Assembly: GCA_964106645.2 (NCBI GenBank)
Contig: OZ067039.1
Source: Podarcis pityusensis
Taxonomy: Eukaryota
Strand: one strand, 5' to 3'
DNA length: 64,000 bases
The notes below the pieces were generated by a model. That model saw nothing but the letters and a program-made list of their open reading frames with translations. It did not search any database and was not told the origin of the DNA. Position 1 is the first letter of the stretch. The number at the start of each line of letters is the position of its first letter. A program made the translations under genes and the position numbers. Of this stretch, positions 53,088-62,799 are shown one piece after another.

Positions 53088-54497
53088 ATTCCATAGAGCT
53101 GCATTCTGCAACTCCCATTTCAAGCTGTTATACCATAGGGATGAGCCAGGCCCGTGTGTGCGAGAGGGCTCTATAGGTCTGTGTTGCTGGCCAGTGTTTA
53201 CTCTCCTCTTGCATATGGACACTACAGAGACTCCTAACAGTAACTCCCTCCCCCAGGGAACTCCATTAATTGTTGTGGGATGGGGGTGGGGGGTAGCGGA
53301 GGAGACGGGAAAAGAATTAGGCAATCTCTAACAGAGAATTCGAAGCAAACTTTTCAAAGGGCATTTCCCCATTGTCTTGGGTTGACAGTTAAAATGGTTA
53401 AAGCCAATATTGGTTTTAGTGCAAATTGGGCATATGTATGAGAAGGCTGTGCTTAGTGCTTTTGTTTTTCCATTGTGTGTAGCTCAAGGATGTTTATACA
53501 TGTATTCCTCCCCTGGCTGTTTATGGGATGGGGGAATGTGTGTGCCTGTTCCTCCCCACCTGTGTGCTTGGTCCCTTTTAAGCGTACAGAAGAATGCAAG
53601 GGAGTTGCCACCCACCACCTGGGTGTATTTTGGAACTAGGAAGCTGCCTTCTACCAGGTTGGGATAAAGAATAATGGCAGTAAAGATCCTTAGAATCCAA
53701 GACATGAACAATGGCAAGATCCAGAATATGAAAATTGTATTTCATTATTCTTATGAGTAAGGTAAACTACATCAGTGAAGGTACAGAAACACAAAACCAA
53801 ATGATACAAATCAGAGGAAAGCATGCCAGTAGAGAAAAATCCATTTTGCCTGCTCAATCTTTTTCAATTCTGCTTTCTCAATAGTCAGAATTGACTTTTT
53901 ATCTACCTGTCTGCTGTCTTCTGAATTATATTATTTAGTTTTGTGTTTCTGTATCTTCCTTGGTGCAGTTTATGTTTTATAGATCACCATTATAATACAG
54001 TGGATTTTTTTATATAGTCTGGGCCTTGTAATTGTGTATGCTTTGCTTCACATAATGTTGGACTATTGGTCCATCTAGCTTATCTCATGCCAGTTGGCTG
54101 CATCTTTCCAAAATTCCAGGCAGGCAGCCTTTCCCCTCCTTACCTAGAAGTGCCAGAGATTGAACCTGGCACCTTTGGCATGCAGAGCAGCTGCTCTGCT
54201 ACAGAGCCTCAACTCGTCCCTTATTTATGGGTTCAGTACATGTATCTGTGCCTCCTCATCTGTGTTTGAGATGGCACCGATGATGTCAGTGATGAAGATG
54301 TTATAGAAGAGTAATGATTGCTTCACATGCATTATTGCAATAATCCTTATGTGACTGGCATTACGAGTATAATGATGGGGAATGCATGCTTCCACCCTTC
54401 CCTTTTCTACATGTGTATAAAAATGTTTCCTTGCCCTGTGCTGGGCTCCTTTTTCTCTCTCCCTATCTGTCTTGCCCACCCCTATCCCCCACCCCAG

Positions 54498-54639
54498 GAA
54501 TTTGATAATGCCGAGGGAGAAGAGTATGCTAGTGAATTCTCAGCCCAGGGCTCACCCGCTACCCAGAATGGCCCAGAGGTTTACATTCTGCCTCTCACCG
54601 AAGTCTCCTTGCCCATGTCCAGGCAACCTGGGCGCTCAG
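54498..54639 (+). CDS. AATK: AATK/LMTK1 coding exon (equivalent to exon 3): juxtamembrane region
   Basis: ccccag| acceptor, CAG|gtaagt donor. 142 nt, phase 0 to 1. Encodes EFDNAEGEEYASEFSAQGSPATQNGPEVYILPLTEVSLPMSRQPGRS, matching AATK. Confidence 0.96.
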
Positions 54640-56092
54640 GTAAGTTGCTGAACCCTCTGCATTTCGGATTTTGTCCACCCTTTCAGTTTTAGCAACGGTG
54701 CACATTTGCAACATGCAAAATAAGAGCATGACCTTCGATTTTCACATGGCTAACCAAACCTGGAATCTCCATTCTTGCAATAATGAGTATGGAACAGAAG
54801 TTCTGTTCTTGCAATAACAAGTATGGATTAGAATCCCCCCCCCCCCCACAAAAGTGGGCAGAAAACTCCTTCCTTTAACCTTCGTGATTTTGCACTGTTC
54901 ACTATGGTTGAAAAGATGTAATGGGTTGCCTATGTGCACCCTCAAAGCAACTATGTACTGACACATTTATTATGGCACTAACACATTTGTTATGACATAC
55001 GCTTTCCTTGATTAGAGTGCCATGATAAATGTGTTAGTCTTTCAAGACTCTCTTTTGTTTTTGTTGCAAGAGGCTACTAATACAGCTACCACCCTCTGGA
55101 AGTTTTTGCCATGCCCATTCAGTGATCTTACATATGAGTTGTTTCCTAGAGGAAGCTGTCACAGGTGTACAGAGAAAAGTGAAGCAGGTGCAGTAGTGGT
55201 CACTACTATTGTTACCTGGTGCTTTTTGTAGAGTGACATAAATGAGAAGCCAAAGCCCAGCCTGCCCCAGGAGCTTACAGCCTCAGGAGAAGAGGCAGAT
55301 GTGATCAGAAGACCGTGGACAGTGGAATTACACATTTTTATTTTATTTTAAAAACCTCTAACCTCAGGCTTAAACATGTGATCTGCTGAAGAGTTGGAAG
55401 AAATGCAAAACAGATTAGATGTTGTCTTTTGTAGGCATAGGAAGATGCAAAATCTAGAGCTGTGCAGAGCATACAATCAGAACGCCAGATGTTCCGTGCA
55501 ACACAGAAGCTCTCGTCCTTTTGCCAAAATATGTCAGTCCAAGAAAAATACACCTTAAGCTGTTGTATATTCTGTCTCATCCCACCGGGACTTAAGGCAG
55601 CAACAATTGCCCCTAATGAGCAGGCGATCTTAAAGTGGCCAAAACAAGGCAGTATGCTTACGATGGTATGGATCCAAAGGTCACCATAGGGGGGGGTCTA
55701 ACATCTGGGTTTCCCCAAGTGTCCGTCCCCCCCAACTCCCAGCAAGATAAAAGCTCCAAGAGATCCCTTCTGTCTGCAGCCCTTTTAGCTCAGCTATCTG
55801 CCATATATTGCAAGGCTCCCCCCCCCCCACTCGCCTTCTCCTCCACACAATGGATGGTCTCATTCCTGCTGCCCACAGCCCACTTGCAGCTGCTTGGTGG
55901 ATACTGTGTCTGGGTGGATCAAGTCCTCGTTCCAGTCATGGAGTTCGGTTCCCTTCGCCCACATCTATCCTCTATGATGTAGATGCTTCTGTTGGCACTC
56001 ACAGCAGCTGCAGCAGAGGGGGGCCGGCAGGGTTGGTTTTACGTGCGCAGTGTGCGGGTTTGTTTGCAACTTCCTGGGAGCTGCTTTCTGCC

Positions 56093-56433
56093 TGTTATGT
56101 ACTGAGTTGAATAGGATCCAAACTGTAGCAGTCTGATTGGTCCTAGAACAATAGGATCCAAAAGGCAGCAGTCTGATTGGTCCTAGAACAATAGGATTCA
56201 GAATGCAGCAGTATGATTGGTTGGCAGGAACCACCCAATCCTGCTCCAGATAGAAGTGAATCCACAACCTGATTGGCTTACAGTAGAATTCCAGAATTAG
56301 CCAATCATGTGCAGCCCATTGTGTAATAATGTATATAAAGCAGATACTGTGAGGGGACATTTATTCATTCCTCCTCACCACTATGAGCTGAATAAAGAGC
56401 ATGAAATCACTTTGCGACTCTGAGTATATTTCA
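56093..56433 (+). repeat. 5' LTR (341 bp)
   Basis: TGTTATGT...TATTTCA. About 2.8 copies of a 40-bp unit at 56110-56221, six CCAAT/ATTGG boxes, TATATAAA at 56332 and AATAAA at 56391. Confidence 0.96.
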
Positions 56434-56434
56434 C

Positions 56435-56452
56435 TGGCGACGAGGATGGGAT
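56435..56452 (+). promoter_or_regulatory. Primer binding site complementary to tRNA-Ser(GCU)
   Basis: TGGCGACGAGGATGGGAT lies 1 nt after the LTR. It is the reverse complement of ATCCCATCCTCGTCG-CCA, the recalled 3' end of vertebrate tRNA-Ser(GCU). Confidence 0.88.
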
Positions 56453-56558
56453 CCCGCTGAGCTGACTGCCACACACAGCACCGCAGCACCGCCAACTGCC
56501 GCACCGCTGCCTCGCACCGTGTATCCAGGCTTCAGCTCCGGGGCACAAGGAACTCAGA

Positions 56559-59500
56559 ATGGCAGCCAACAGCAGCTTCTCGCCATTCAACCCAGCATCT
56601 GGAGACTGGGAAGCGTACGCCTCCCGTTTCACCTTCCTCCTAGAAGCCAAAGGGGTCACCGACGAAGAAGACGCCAAGAAGAGGGCGATATTCTTCAGCG
56701 TCTGCGGAGAGGAGACGTTTGAAATCGCCCGGGCTCTCCTTGCGCCTGAAGACGTCGCTACTGTTCCATACAAAACAATAATGGAACAGCTGAAGGGGCA
56801 CTTTTCGCCGCAGCCCTCAGTGGTGGCTCGTCGAAATGCCTTCTACGCAAAGCGGCAAGCCCCTGGGGAAACCATAACTGGGTTTGTGACCTCTCTCCGC
56901 CAAGCCGCCCGGTTCTGCAACTTCTCAGAGCTGGAGAACATGCTTCGTGACCGCCTCGTCGGTGGCCTGAAGGATGAGAAGCTGCAACGGCGCCTCTACG
57001 CTAAGAAGGACCTAACGTTCCAGGTCGCTCTGGAGGAGGCCCTGGCAACAGAAGCTGCCGAGAGGTCGACCCAAGAGGCACAGCCGAGCCTGCCATCCCA
57101 ACCGAGGGTCCACCATGAAGACCTCACCGACGACTCAGGATCCGACAGGGAGGAGGTGCACCGAGTACAGCAGCGCACTCAAGCAGCGCACAGACCACAG
57201 CTGCCTCGACGAGAAGGAGGGAACTGCGCAAGCTGCGGGGAGAGTCACGAGAGGAGGACCTGCCGTTTCCGCAACGCAGAGTGCAGGCAGTGCAGAAAAT
57301 CGGGACACATCGCCCGGGTGTGTCGGGCTCGGCCCACCCGACACCAGGCATCAGATGACCAATCCAAGAGCCCCAGGTCCCGGGGCCCAACGCACCAAGG
57401 CAACTCGACGGAGCTCACGGACTTCCAGGTATACCAGTTGCCCCACCCCAACGTAGAGAAAATTTATGTAGAGGTACAGATAGAGGGGGCCCCATGCCGC
57501 ATGGAGCTTGACACGGGTTCAACTCTATCCATAATCTCGGCAAGGACCTTAAGGAAACTGTGTCCCACTGGGGGTCCCAAACTCAGGCCGGCCCCATTCA
57601 CCCTCCGGGACTTCCAGAAACGTAAGGTCCCCACAATGGGGGTGGGGACCTTCAGGGTGCAATACCGAGGGCGGACGCGGCAACTGGACTTGCTTGTGGT
57701 CAAGGGCCCCTACATTAGCTTACTGGGATTGGCATGGTTTGGACCACTGGGGCTAGCTGTCACCGGGGTGAACCACACTAGCTTACAAGTGGACGTGGAC
57801 GCCATATGCAAGGAATTTCCAGGGGTTTTCGATGGGAAATTGGGACAGTATACGGGCCCCCCCATTGCGCTACAGCTTGACCCCGCAGTACGACCGGTCA
57901 GGCTCAAGGCCCGCCGGGTCCCGTTCGCCTTGAAACCCCGTATAGACGAGGAATTGGACCGACTCGTAGAGCAAGGAGTGCTGGAGCCGGTGCCTAATGC
58001 TCCCTGGGAAACCCCAATCGTCACACCCGTCAAGCCTAATGGTTCGGTCCGCATCTGCGCAGACTACAAATGTACCATAAACAAGGCCCTCACGGCCCAC
58101 GCATACCCAGTGCCAGTGGTCAGCCATGTCCTTGCCACCCTGGCTGGGTCGAAAATTTTTGGCAAGCTGGACTTGGCCCAAGCATATCAACAGCTGCCAG
58201 TAGATGAGGCCACAGCAGAGGCACAGACGATTGTGACGCACAGAGGAGCGTTCAGGGTAAAGCGGCTGCAATTCGGTGTCAGCGTGGCACCAGGCATATT
58301 CCAGAATATAATGGACTCTCTCCTTAAAGGGATTCCTGGCGTCACCCCCTTCTTCGATGATGTGTTGATTGCCGGCCCCACACCAGAGGAGTTTGAGGAC
58401 CGCCTCCGCACCGTTCTGCACCGTTTCCAGACGGCGGGTCTCAAGGTGAAGCGGGAAAAATGTCTACTAGGAGTGCCTCAGGTGGACTTTCTGGGATTTA
58501 TGGTGGACGCAGAAGGGGTCCACCCGACTGGGGACAAGGTACGGGCCATTTGTGATGCCCCAGCGCCCAAGAGCAAGACTGAACTTCAGGCCTTCTTGGG
58601 ACTATTGAACTTTTACCATTCCTTCCTTCCCCACAAGGCGGCGGTAGCGGAGCCCCTACACAGACTCCTGGACAAGCGGGCCCCTTGGGTGTGGGGCCAG
58701 CGCCAGGAGGCCGCATTCCAGGCAGTCAAGGACTTGCTTGTCTCAAACTCGGTCTTGGCACACTTCGACGAGAGGCTGCCGGTGGTGCTAGCATGCGACG
58801 CCTCACCCTATGGCATTGGAGCTGTCCTGGGGCACCAACTCCCGGATGGAAGAGAGGTACCGGTGGCGTACTTTTCCCAGACACTCAACACAACCGAGCG
58901 GAACTACTCGCAAATCGACAAGGAGGGTCTGGCAATCGTAAAGGGAGTAAAAAAATTCCATGATTTCTTGTACGGGCGGCCCTTCACCGTGGTGACTGAC
59001 CACAAGCCGTTGCTTGGCTTGTTTGCCCCCGAAAAGCAGACCCCCCAAGTGCTGTCTCCTCGCGTCCTCAGGTGGTCAATTTTCCTTGCCAGCTACCAGT
59101 ATGCACTGATTCACCGACCTGGGAAGGCGATGGGCCATGCGGACGCCCTCAGCAGGCTACCACTACCGGAAACAGGCCCTGACCCAGCACCTGCACAAGA
59201 GGTTATGAGCCTGGAGCTGCTTCCCGACCGCCCCATTCAGGCACAAGAAGTTGCACACCATTCCAAGAAAGATAGGGTCATCTCCCGGGTCCTGGACTGG
59301 GTGTGGAGGGGATGGCCCAGCAGCAGCCCCGGGCCAGAATTCGCCGGCTACACAACCCGCAAACATGAACTGTCGGCCCACAAGGGGTGCCTGTTATGGG
59401 GAAGCAGAGTCGTTGTTCCCCAGCCCCTCTGCAAAAGGGTCCTCACAGCCCTACACGAGACACATCCAGGGGTAGTAAGAATGAAGGCCCTTGCCAGGAG

Positions 59501-60635
59501 TTATGTGTGGTGGCCGGGGATCGATGGAGAGATAGAGGCCTGGGTCAAACACTGCCAGGCCTGCCAAGAATCCCGCCCAGATCCCCCAAGGGCCCCAGTC
59601 CAGTCCTGGGAGTCCGCCCGAGCACCATGGTCACGCCTGCATGTGGATTTCGCTGGCCCCTTTCAGGGGAAAACATTCTTCATAGTGGTGGACTCCTACA
59701 CCAAATGGCTGGAAGTCGCACTGGTACCGTCCACTTCCACGTCCGCAGCCATCCGGGTACTACGCAGGCTGTTTGCAACCCACGGGCTCCCTGACACTCT
59801 CGTCTCAGACAACGGGACTGCATTTACGTCAGGAGAATTCCAAACCTTCACAGCGCAGAATGCCATCCGCCACATCCGTTCGGCGCCGTTCCACCCTGCC
59901 ACCAATGGCCAAGCAGAACGCATGGTGCGGACCACCAAGGACACCCTTCGCCGCATGACGCAAGGGGACTGGGAGTACCGCCTTGCCACATTCCTTCTAG
60001 CACAGCACAGCACCCCCAGCTCAACGACTGGCCGGAGCCCCGCTGAACTACTAATGGGTCGGCGCCTTGCAATCAGATTGGACCGCCTTCACCCCGATAG
60101 AGCTCAGGATGAGGTAGTGGTGGGGGAAGGCAGGAACCCCCGGACCTTCGAGGCCCAGGACCCAGTGTACGCAAAGAATTTTGGGGCAGGCCCAGCATGG
60201 GTACCCGCCACAATCACCAGGGTCACTGGCCCCGTGTCGTACGAGGTGCTAACGGATGGGGGGCAATGCTGGCGCCGCCACTGCGACCAGATACGGCGAC
60301 GATTCCCGGGAGAAAACCAGGAGGAGGACAGGTCAGAGGAGTCCCAAGGGAACAGCGGGGCAGTGAGGCCCATAGAGCAGGAGGGGCCAGCAGGAGAGGC
60401 AGAATCAGTAAATACAGAGAGGACCCGTGAGGCCGAAAGGACACCGGAACCAGAACCACGACTGAGCGAGCCGGTTGCACCAGACCAAACAGCCGCATCA
60501 CAGCCAGCATCCTTGGAACACGAGCCAGAACCCGGAGCCCGGACCAGGGAACACCCCAGGCCACAACGCACACGTAGGCCGCCGGCATACCTTGAGGACT
60601 ATGAATGCGACCTCCCGGGCAGGACTGGAACTTAG
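56559..60635 (+). CDS. Gag-Pol polyprotein, 1358 aa
   Basis: Gag with two Cys/His knuckles (CASCGESHERRTC, CRQCRKSGHIARVC). Protease LDTGS. RT motifs DLAQAYQQL, QFGVSVAPGIFQ, FFDD. RNase H CDASPYGIGAVL and TDHKPL. Integrase HETH..CQAC and HVDFAG/SDNG/AERMV (DDE), then a GPY/F-like C-terminal module. Confidence 0.96.
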   Translation: MAANSSFSPFNPASGDWEAYASRFTFLLEAKGVTDEEDAKKRAIFFSVCGEETFEIARALLAPEDVATVPYKTIMEQLKGHFSPQPSVVARRNAFYAKRQAPGETITGFVTSLRQAARFCNFSELENMLRDRLVGGLKDEKLQRRLYAKKDLTFQVALEEALATEAAERSTQEAQPSLPSQPRVHHEDLTDDSGSDREEVHRVQQRTQAAHRPQLPRREGGNCASCGESHERRTCRFRNAECRQCRKSGHIARVCRARPTRHQASDDQSKSPRSRGPTHQGNSTELTDFQVYQLPHPNVEKIYVEVQIEGAPCRMELDTGSTLSIISARTLRKLCPTGGPKLRPAPFTLRDFQKRKVPTMGVGTFRVQYRGRTRQLDLLVVKGPYISLLGLAWFGPLGLAVTGVNHTSLQVDVDAICKEFPGVFDGKLGQYTGPPIALQLDPAVRPVRLKARRVPFALKPRIDEELDRLVEQGVLEPVPNAPWETPIVTPVKPNGSVRICADYKCTINKALTAHAYPVPVVSHVLATLAGSKIFGKLDLAQAYQQLPVDEATAEAQTIVTHRGAFRVKRLQFGVSVAPGIFQNIMDSLLKGIPGVTPFFDDVLIAGPTPEEFEDRLRTVLHRFQTAGLKVKREKCLLGVPQVDFLGFMVDAEGVHPTGDKVRAICDAPAPKSKTELQAFLGLLNFYHSFLPHKAAVAEPLHRLLDKRAPWVWGQRQEAAFQAVKDLLVSNSVLAHFDERLPVVLACDASPYGIGAVLGHQLPDGREVPVAYFSQTLNTTERNYSQIDKEGLAIVKGVKKFHDFLYGRPFTVVTDHKPLLGLFAPEKQTPQVLSPRVLRWSIFLASYQYALIHRPGKAMGHADALSRLPLPETGPDPAPAQEVMSLELLPDRPIQAQEVAHHSKKDRVISRVLDWVWRGWPSSSPGPEFAGYTTRKHELSAHKGCLLWGSRVVVPQPLCKRVLTALHETHPGVVRMKALARSYVWWPGIDGEIEAWVKHCQACQESRPDPPRAPVQSWESARAPWSRLHVDFAGPFQGKTFFIVVDSYTKWLEVALVPSTSTSAAIRVLRRLFATHGLPDTLVSDNGTAFTSGEFQTFTAQNAIRHIRSAPFHPATNGQAERMVRTTKDTLRRMTQGDWEYRLATFLLAQHSTPSSTTGRSPAELLMGRRLAIRLDRLHPDRAQDEVVVGEGRNPRTFEAQDPVYAKNFGAGPAWVPATITRVTGPVSYEVLTDGGQCWRRHCDQIRRRFPGENQEEDRSEESQGNSGAVRPIEQEGPAGEAESVNTERTREAERTPEPEPRLSEPVAPDQTAASQPASLEHEPEPGARTREHPRPQRTRRPPAYLEDYECDLPGRTGT

Positions 60636-60645
60636 AGGGGAGGGG
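60634..60645 (+). promoter_or_regulatory. Polypurine tract
   Basis: AGAGGGGAGGGG directly before the 3' LTR, overlapping the ORF stop codon. Confidence 0.92.
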
Positions 60646-60987
60646 TGTTATGTACTGAGTTGAATAGGATCCAAACTGTAGCAGTCTGATTGGTCCTAGA
60701 ACAATAGGATCCAAAAGGCAGCAGTCTGATTGGTCCTAGAACAATAGGATTCAGAATGCAGCAGTATGATTGGTTGGCAGGAACCACCCAATCCTGCTCC
60801 AGATAGAAGTGAATCCACAACCTGATTGGCTTACAGTAGAATTCCAGAATTAGCCAATCATGTGCAGCCCATTGTGTAAATAATGTATATAAAGCAGATA
60901 CTGTGAGGGGACATTTATTCATTCCTCCTCACCACTATGAGCTGAATAAAGAGCATGAAATCACTTTGCGACTCTGAGTATATTTCA
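60646..60987 (+). repeat. 3' LTR (342 bp)
   Basis: Identical to the 5' LTR by eye except one extra A (gtgtaaataat vs gtgtaataat). TATATAAA at 60886, AATAAA at 60945. Confidence 0.96.
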
Positions 60988-61168
60988 CTGCCCCTCCAAG
61001 GCCCTGCCATACATGAGTTGTTCTTCACCAGAGGCATTTTCACATCTAAAAGAGTCTTTATGCAGTGCGTATTGTATGACGGCACCTGCCAGTTATGCGT
61101 TTGGGGGCTTTTGCTTTCCCCGCACCTACTTCAGAATCCTCTGCCTGCCCCCCCCCCCCGGGAAGATA

Positions 61169-61410
61169 CAGTGGTACCTCGGGTTACATACGCTTCAGGT
61201 TACAGACGCTTCAGGTTACAGACTCTGCTAACCCAGAAACAGTACCTCGGGTTAAGAACTTTGCTTCAGGATGAGAACAGAAATCGTTCTCCGGCGGTGT
61301 GGCGGCAGCAGGAGGCCCCATTAGCTAAAGTGGTGCTTCAGGTTAAGAACAGTTTCAGGTTAAGAACGGACCTCCAGAATGAATTAAGTACTTAAGCTGA
61401 GGTACCACTG
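61169..61410 (+). mobile_element. Tc1/mariner MITE, family A
   Basis: Same TIRs and body, TA TSD. Confidence 0.88.
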
Positions 61411-62653
61411 TACTCCAAATCCAGCATGGAAAAGCTCCGGTGCAAGAGCACCAGGTGAAAGTGCCGGGAGCAGAAGTGGCAGCATCTGACCTTCTTTAGT
61501 TAAGCACCGAGCAGCCCACGTTTCAGGCGCTGGTGCTTTTTGCCTGTCTCCACACCAGATGCAACACTCTGCTGCTGTTGTTTCATTCCCCCTTTAACTA
61601 GTATCTTCCGGATTGTTCCGGCTTCTTAGATGGGCACCCCAGCCAGTGACTCGGCAGTGCCACCTTGTGGGTTCAGGATGGCAGGGCAACCCCCCATTTA
61701 GGCCGTGGCGGGGTGGGGTGGAGGTGGCAGGGGAGGAAATGGGACACAAAATAGGAATGCAGGGCACTTTTTTCCTAAACGGGATGCGGTACCTGAAAAG
61801 CAGGCATTCCGACCCGGGCACCCAGGCTCCCTCCATGATCAGGCAAGGCAGGGAACAGGGAGATAGGCCATCTCCAAGCCTCAGTGTAGGTGTTTGACCC
61901 CCTCAGCAGAAGTCACTCCCTGCTCCTGTGGCCTGAGATCACTTCCTCTCCTCCGCTACCTCTGGAGACAAAGGCCTTTTGGTCCCCAAGTCCCACAGGC
62001 CCCGCATTCCTTCCCATGTGACCTGGCGAAGGAATCCAGGGCTTGCTCTGCTGTGTGGGATTGAGCCAGCTAGCTGGACAGCGACTCCCCTCTGCTTTGC
62101 CCACACAATTCTTGCCTGGTGCGGCCCTGCTGTGCACTAAATGGGCCCTCAGAGAATGGGTCCAGTGTCCAGATACAGCCATCGCCGCTGGGCGCAACAA
62201 TGGGGCCTTTGCTTCTCCGTGTGATGGGGAGCAGTGGCGTCTGGCACTGAGGGGGCGAAGGGGTGGCACCGCCTGCTTTTTTGGGGGGAGGAGGGACATG
62301 GGACTGCCCAGAAGGGTGGACGCGACACAGCCACTTTCTGCTGCCTGGAGGCTTGGAAGTTCGCCTGTCTATAGCAGAAGGCTCCTCCTGCGTATATGCG
62401 TTTGAGAGAGAGTCTCGCTCACCTTCAATCCTGGATCTACCAACGGGGTAGAGATGCAGCAAAGTCACGTAGCCTGGCCTCAGGAGCAGCTGAGGTGTCC
62501 GCTTCTCTCTGCTGATCCCCGTGTGCCTGATCCTTTGGGAAGCTTCCTGCCCCAGACCCCGCTCTTCTGCGGAAAGTTAGGATGAGGCAGCAGGCAGGGA
62601 ACAAGCTGGCAGGGCATGCAGAACTTCAAACCGCTCTGTATGCTCCTTCACAG

Positions 62654-62733
62654 TGCAGCTGCTCAAATCCACTGACCTGGGACGCCATAGCCTGCTATAC
62701 CTCAAGGAAATTGGCCATGGATGGTTTGGCAAG
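62654..62733 (+). CDS. AATK: AATK/LMTK1 coding exon (equivalent to exon 4): start of kinase domain, Gly-rich loop
   Basis: tcacag| acceptor, AAG|gtaagc donor. 80 nt, phase 1 to 0. Encodes (V)QLLKSTDLGRHSLLYLKEIGHGWFGK with the GxGxFG motif. Confidence 0.96.
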
Positions 62734-62751
62734 GTAAGCTCCTCACCTGAG

Positions 62752-62799
62752 ACTGATCCCATCTTGTTGATTTATACTGATCCCATATTGTTGATTTAT
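62752..62799. repeat. 24-bp tandem duplication just after the exon donor
   Basis: ACTGATCCCAT(C/A)TTGTTGATTTAT twice. Confidence 0.85.

Larger units (their letters stand above)
56093..60987 (+). mobile_element. Full-length Ty3/Gypsy LTR retrotransposon (Mag-like, single ORF), 4895 bp
   Basis: TG...CA LTRs at both ends, CTGCC duplicated at 56088-56092 and 60988-60992, PBS, PPT and an intact gag-pol ORF in PR-RT-RH-IN order. Confidence 0.97.

Noticed and set aside
56110-56221. 40-bp periodic repeats as a CRISPR-like array
   Set aside because: Tandem units without unique spacers, inside a eukaryotic LTR.
56559-56600. Gag start MAANSSFSPFNP resembles the AATK exon 1 peptide MSSSFFNPSF
   Set aside because: It lies downstream of exons 2-3, inside the retrotransposon, and continues into Gag. 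Coincidence.
56381-60714. Antisense and alternate-frame ORFs in the Gypsy element
   Set aside because: Expected shadows of GC-rich coding sequence, with no recognisable domains. No env found.
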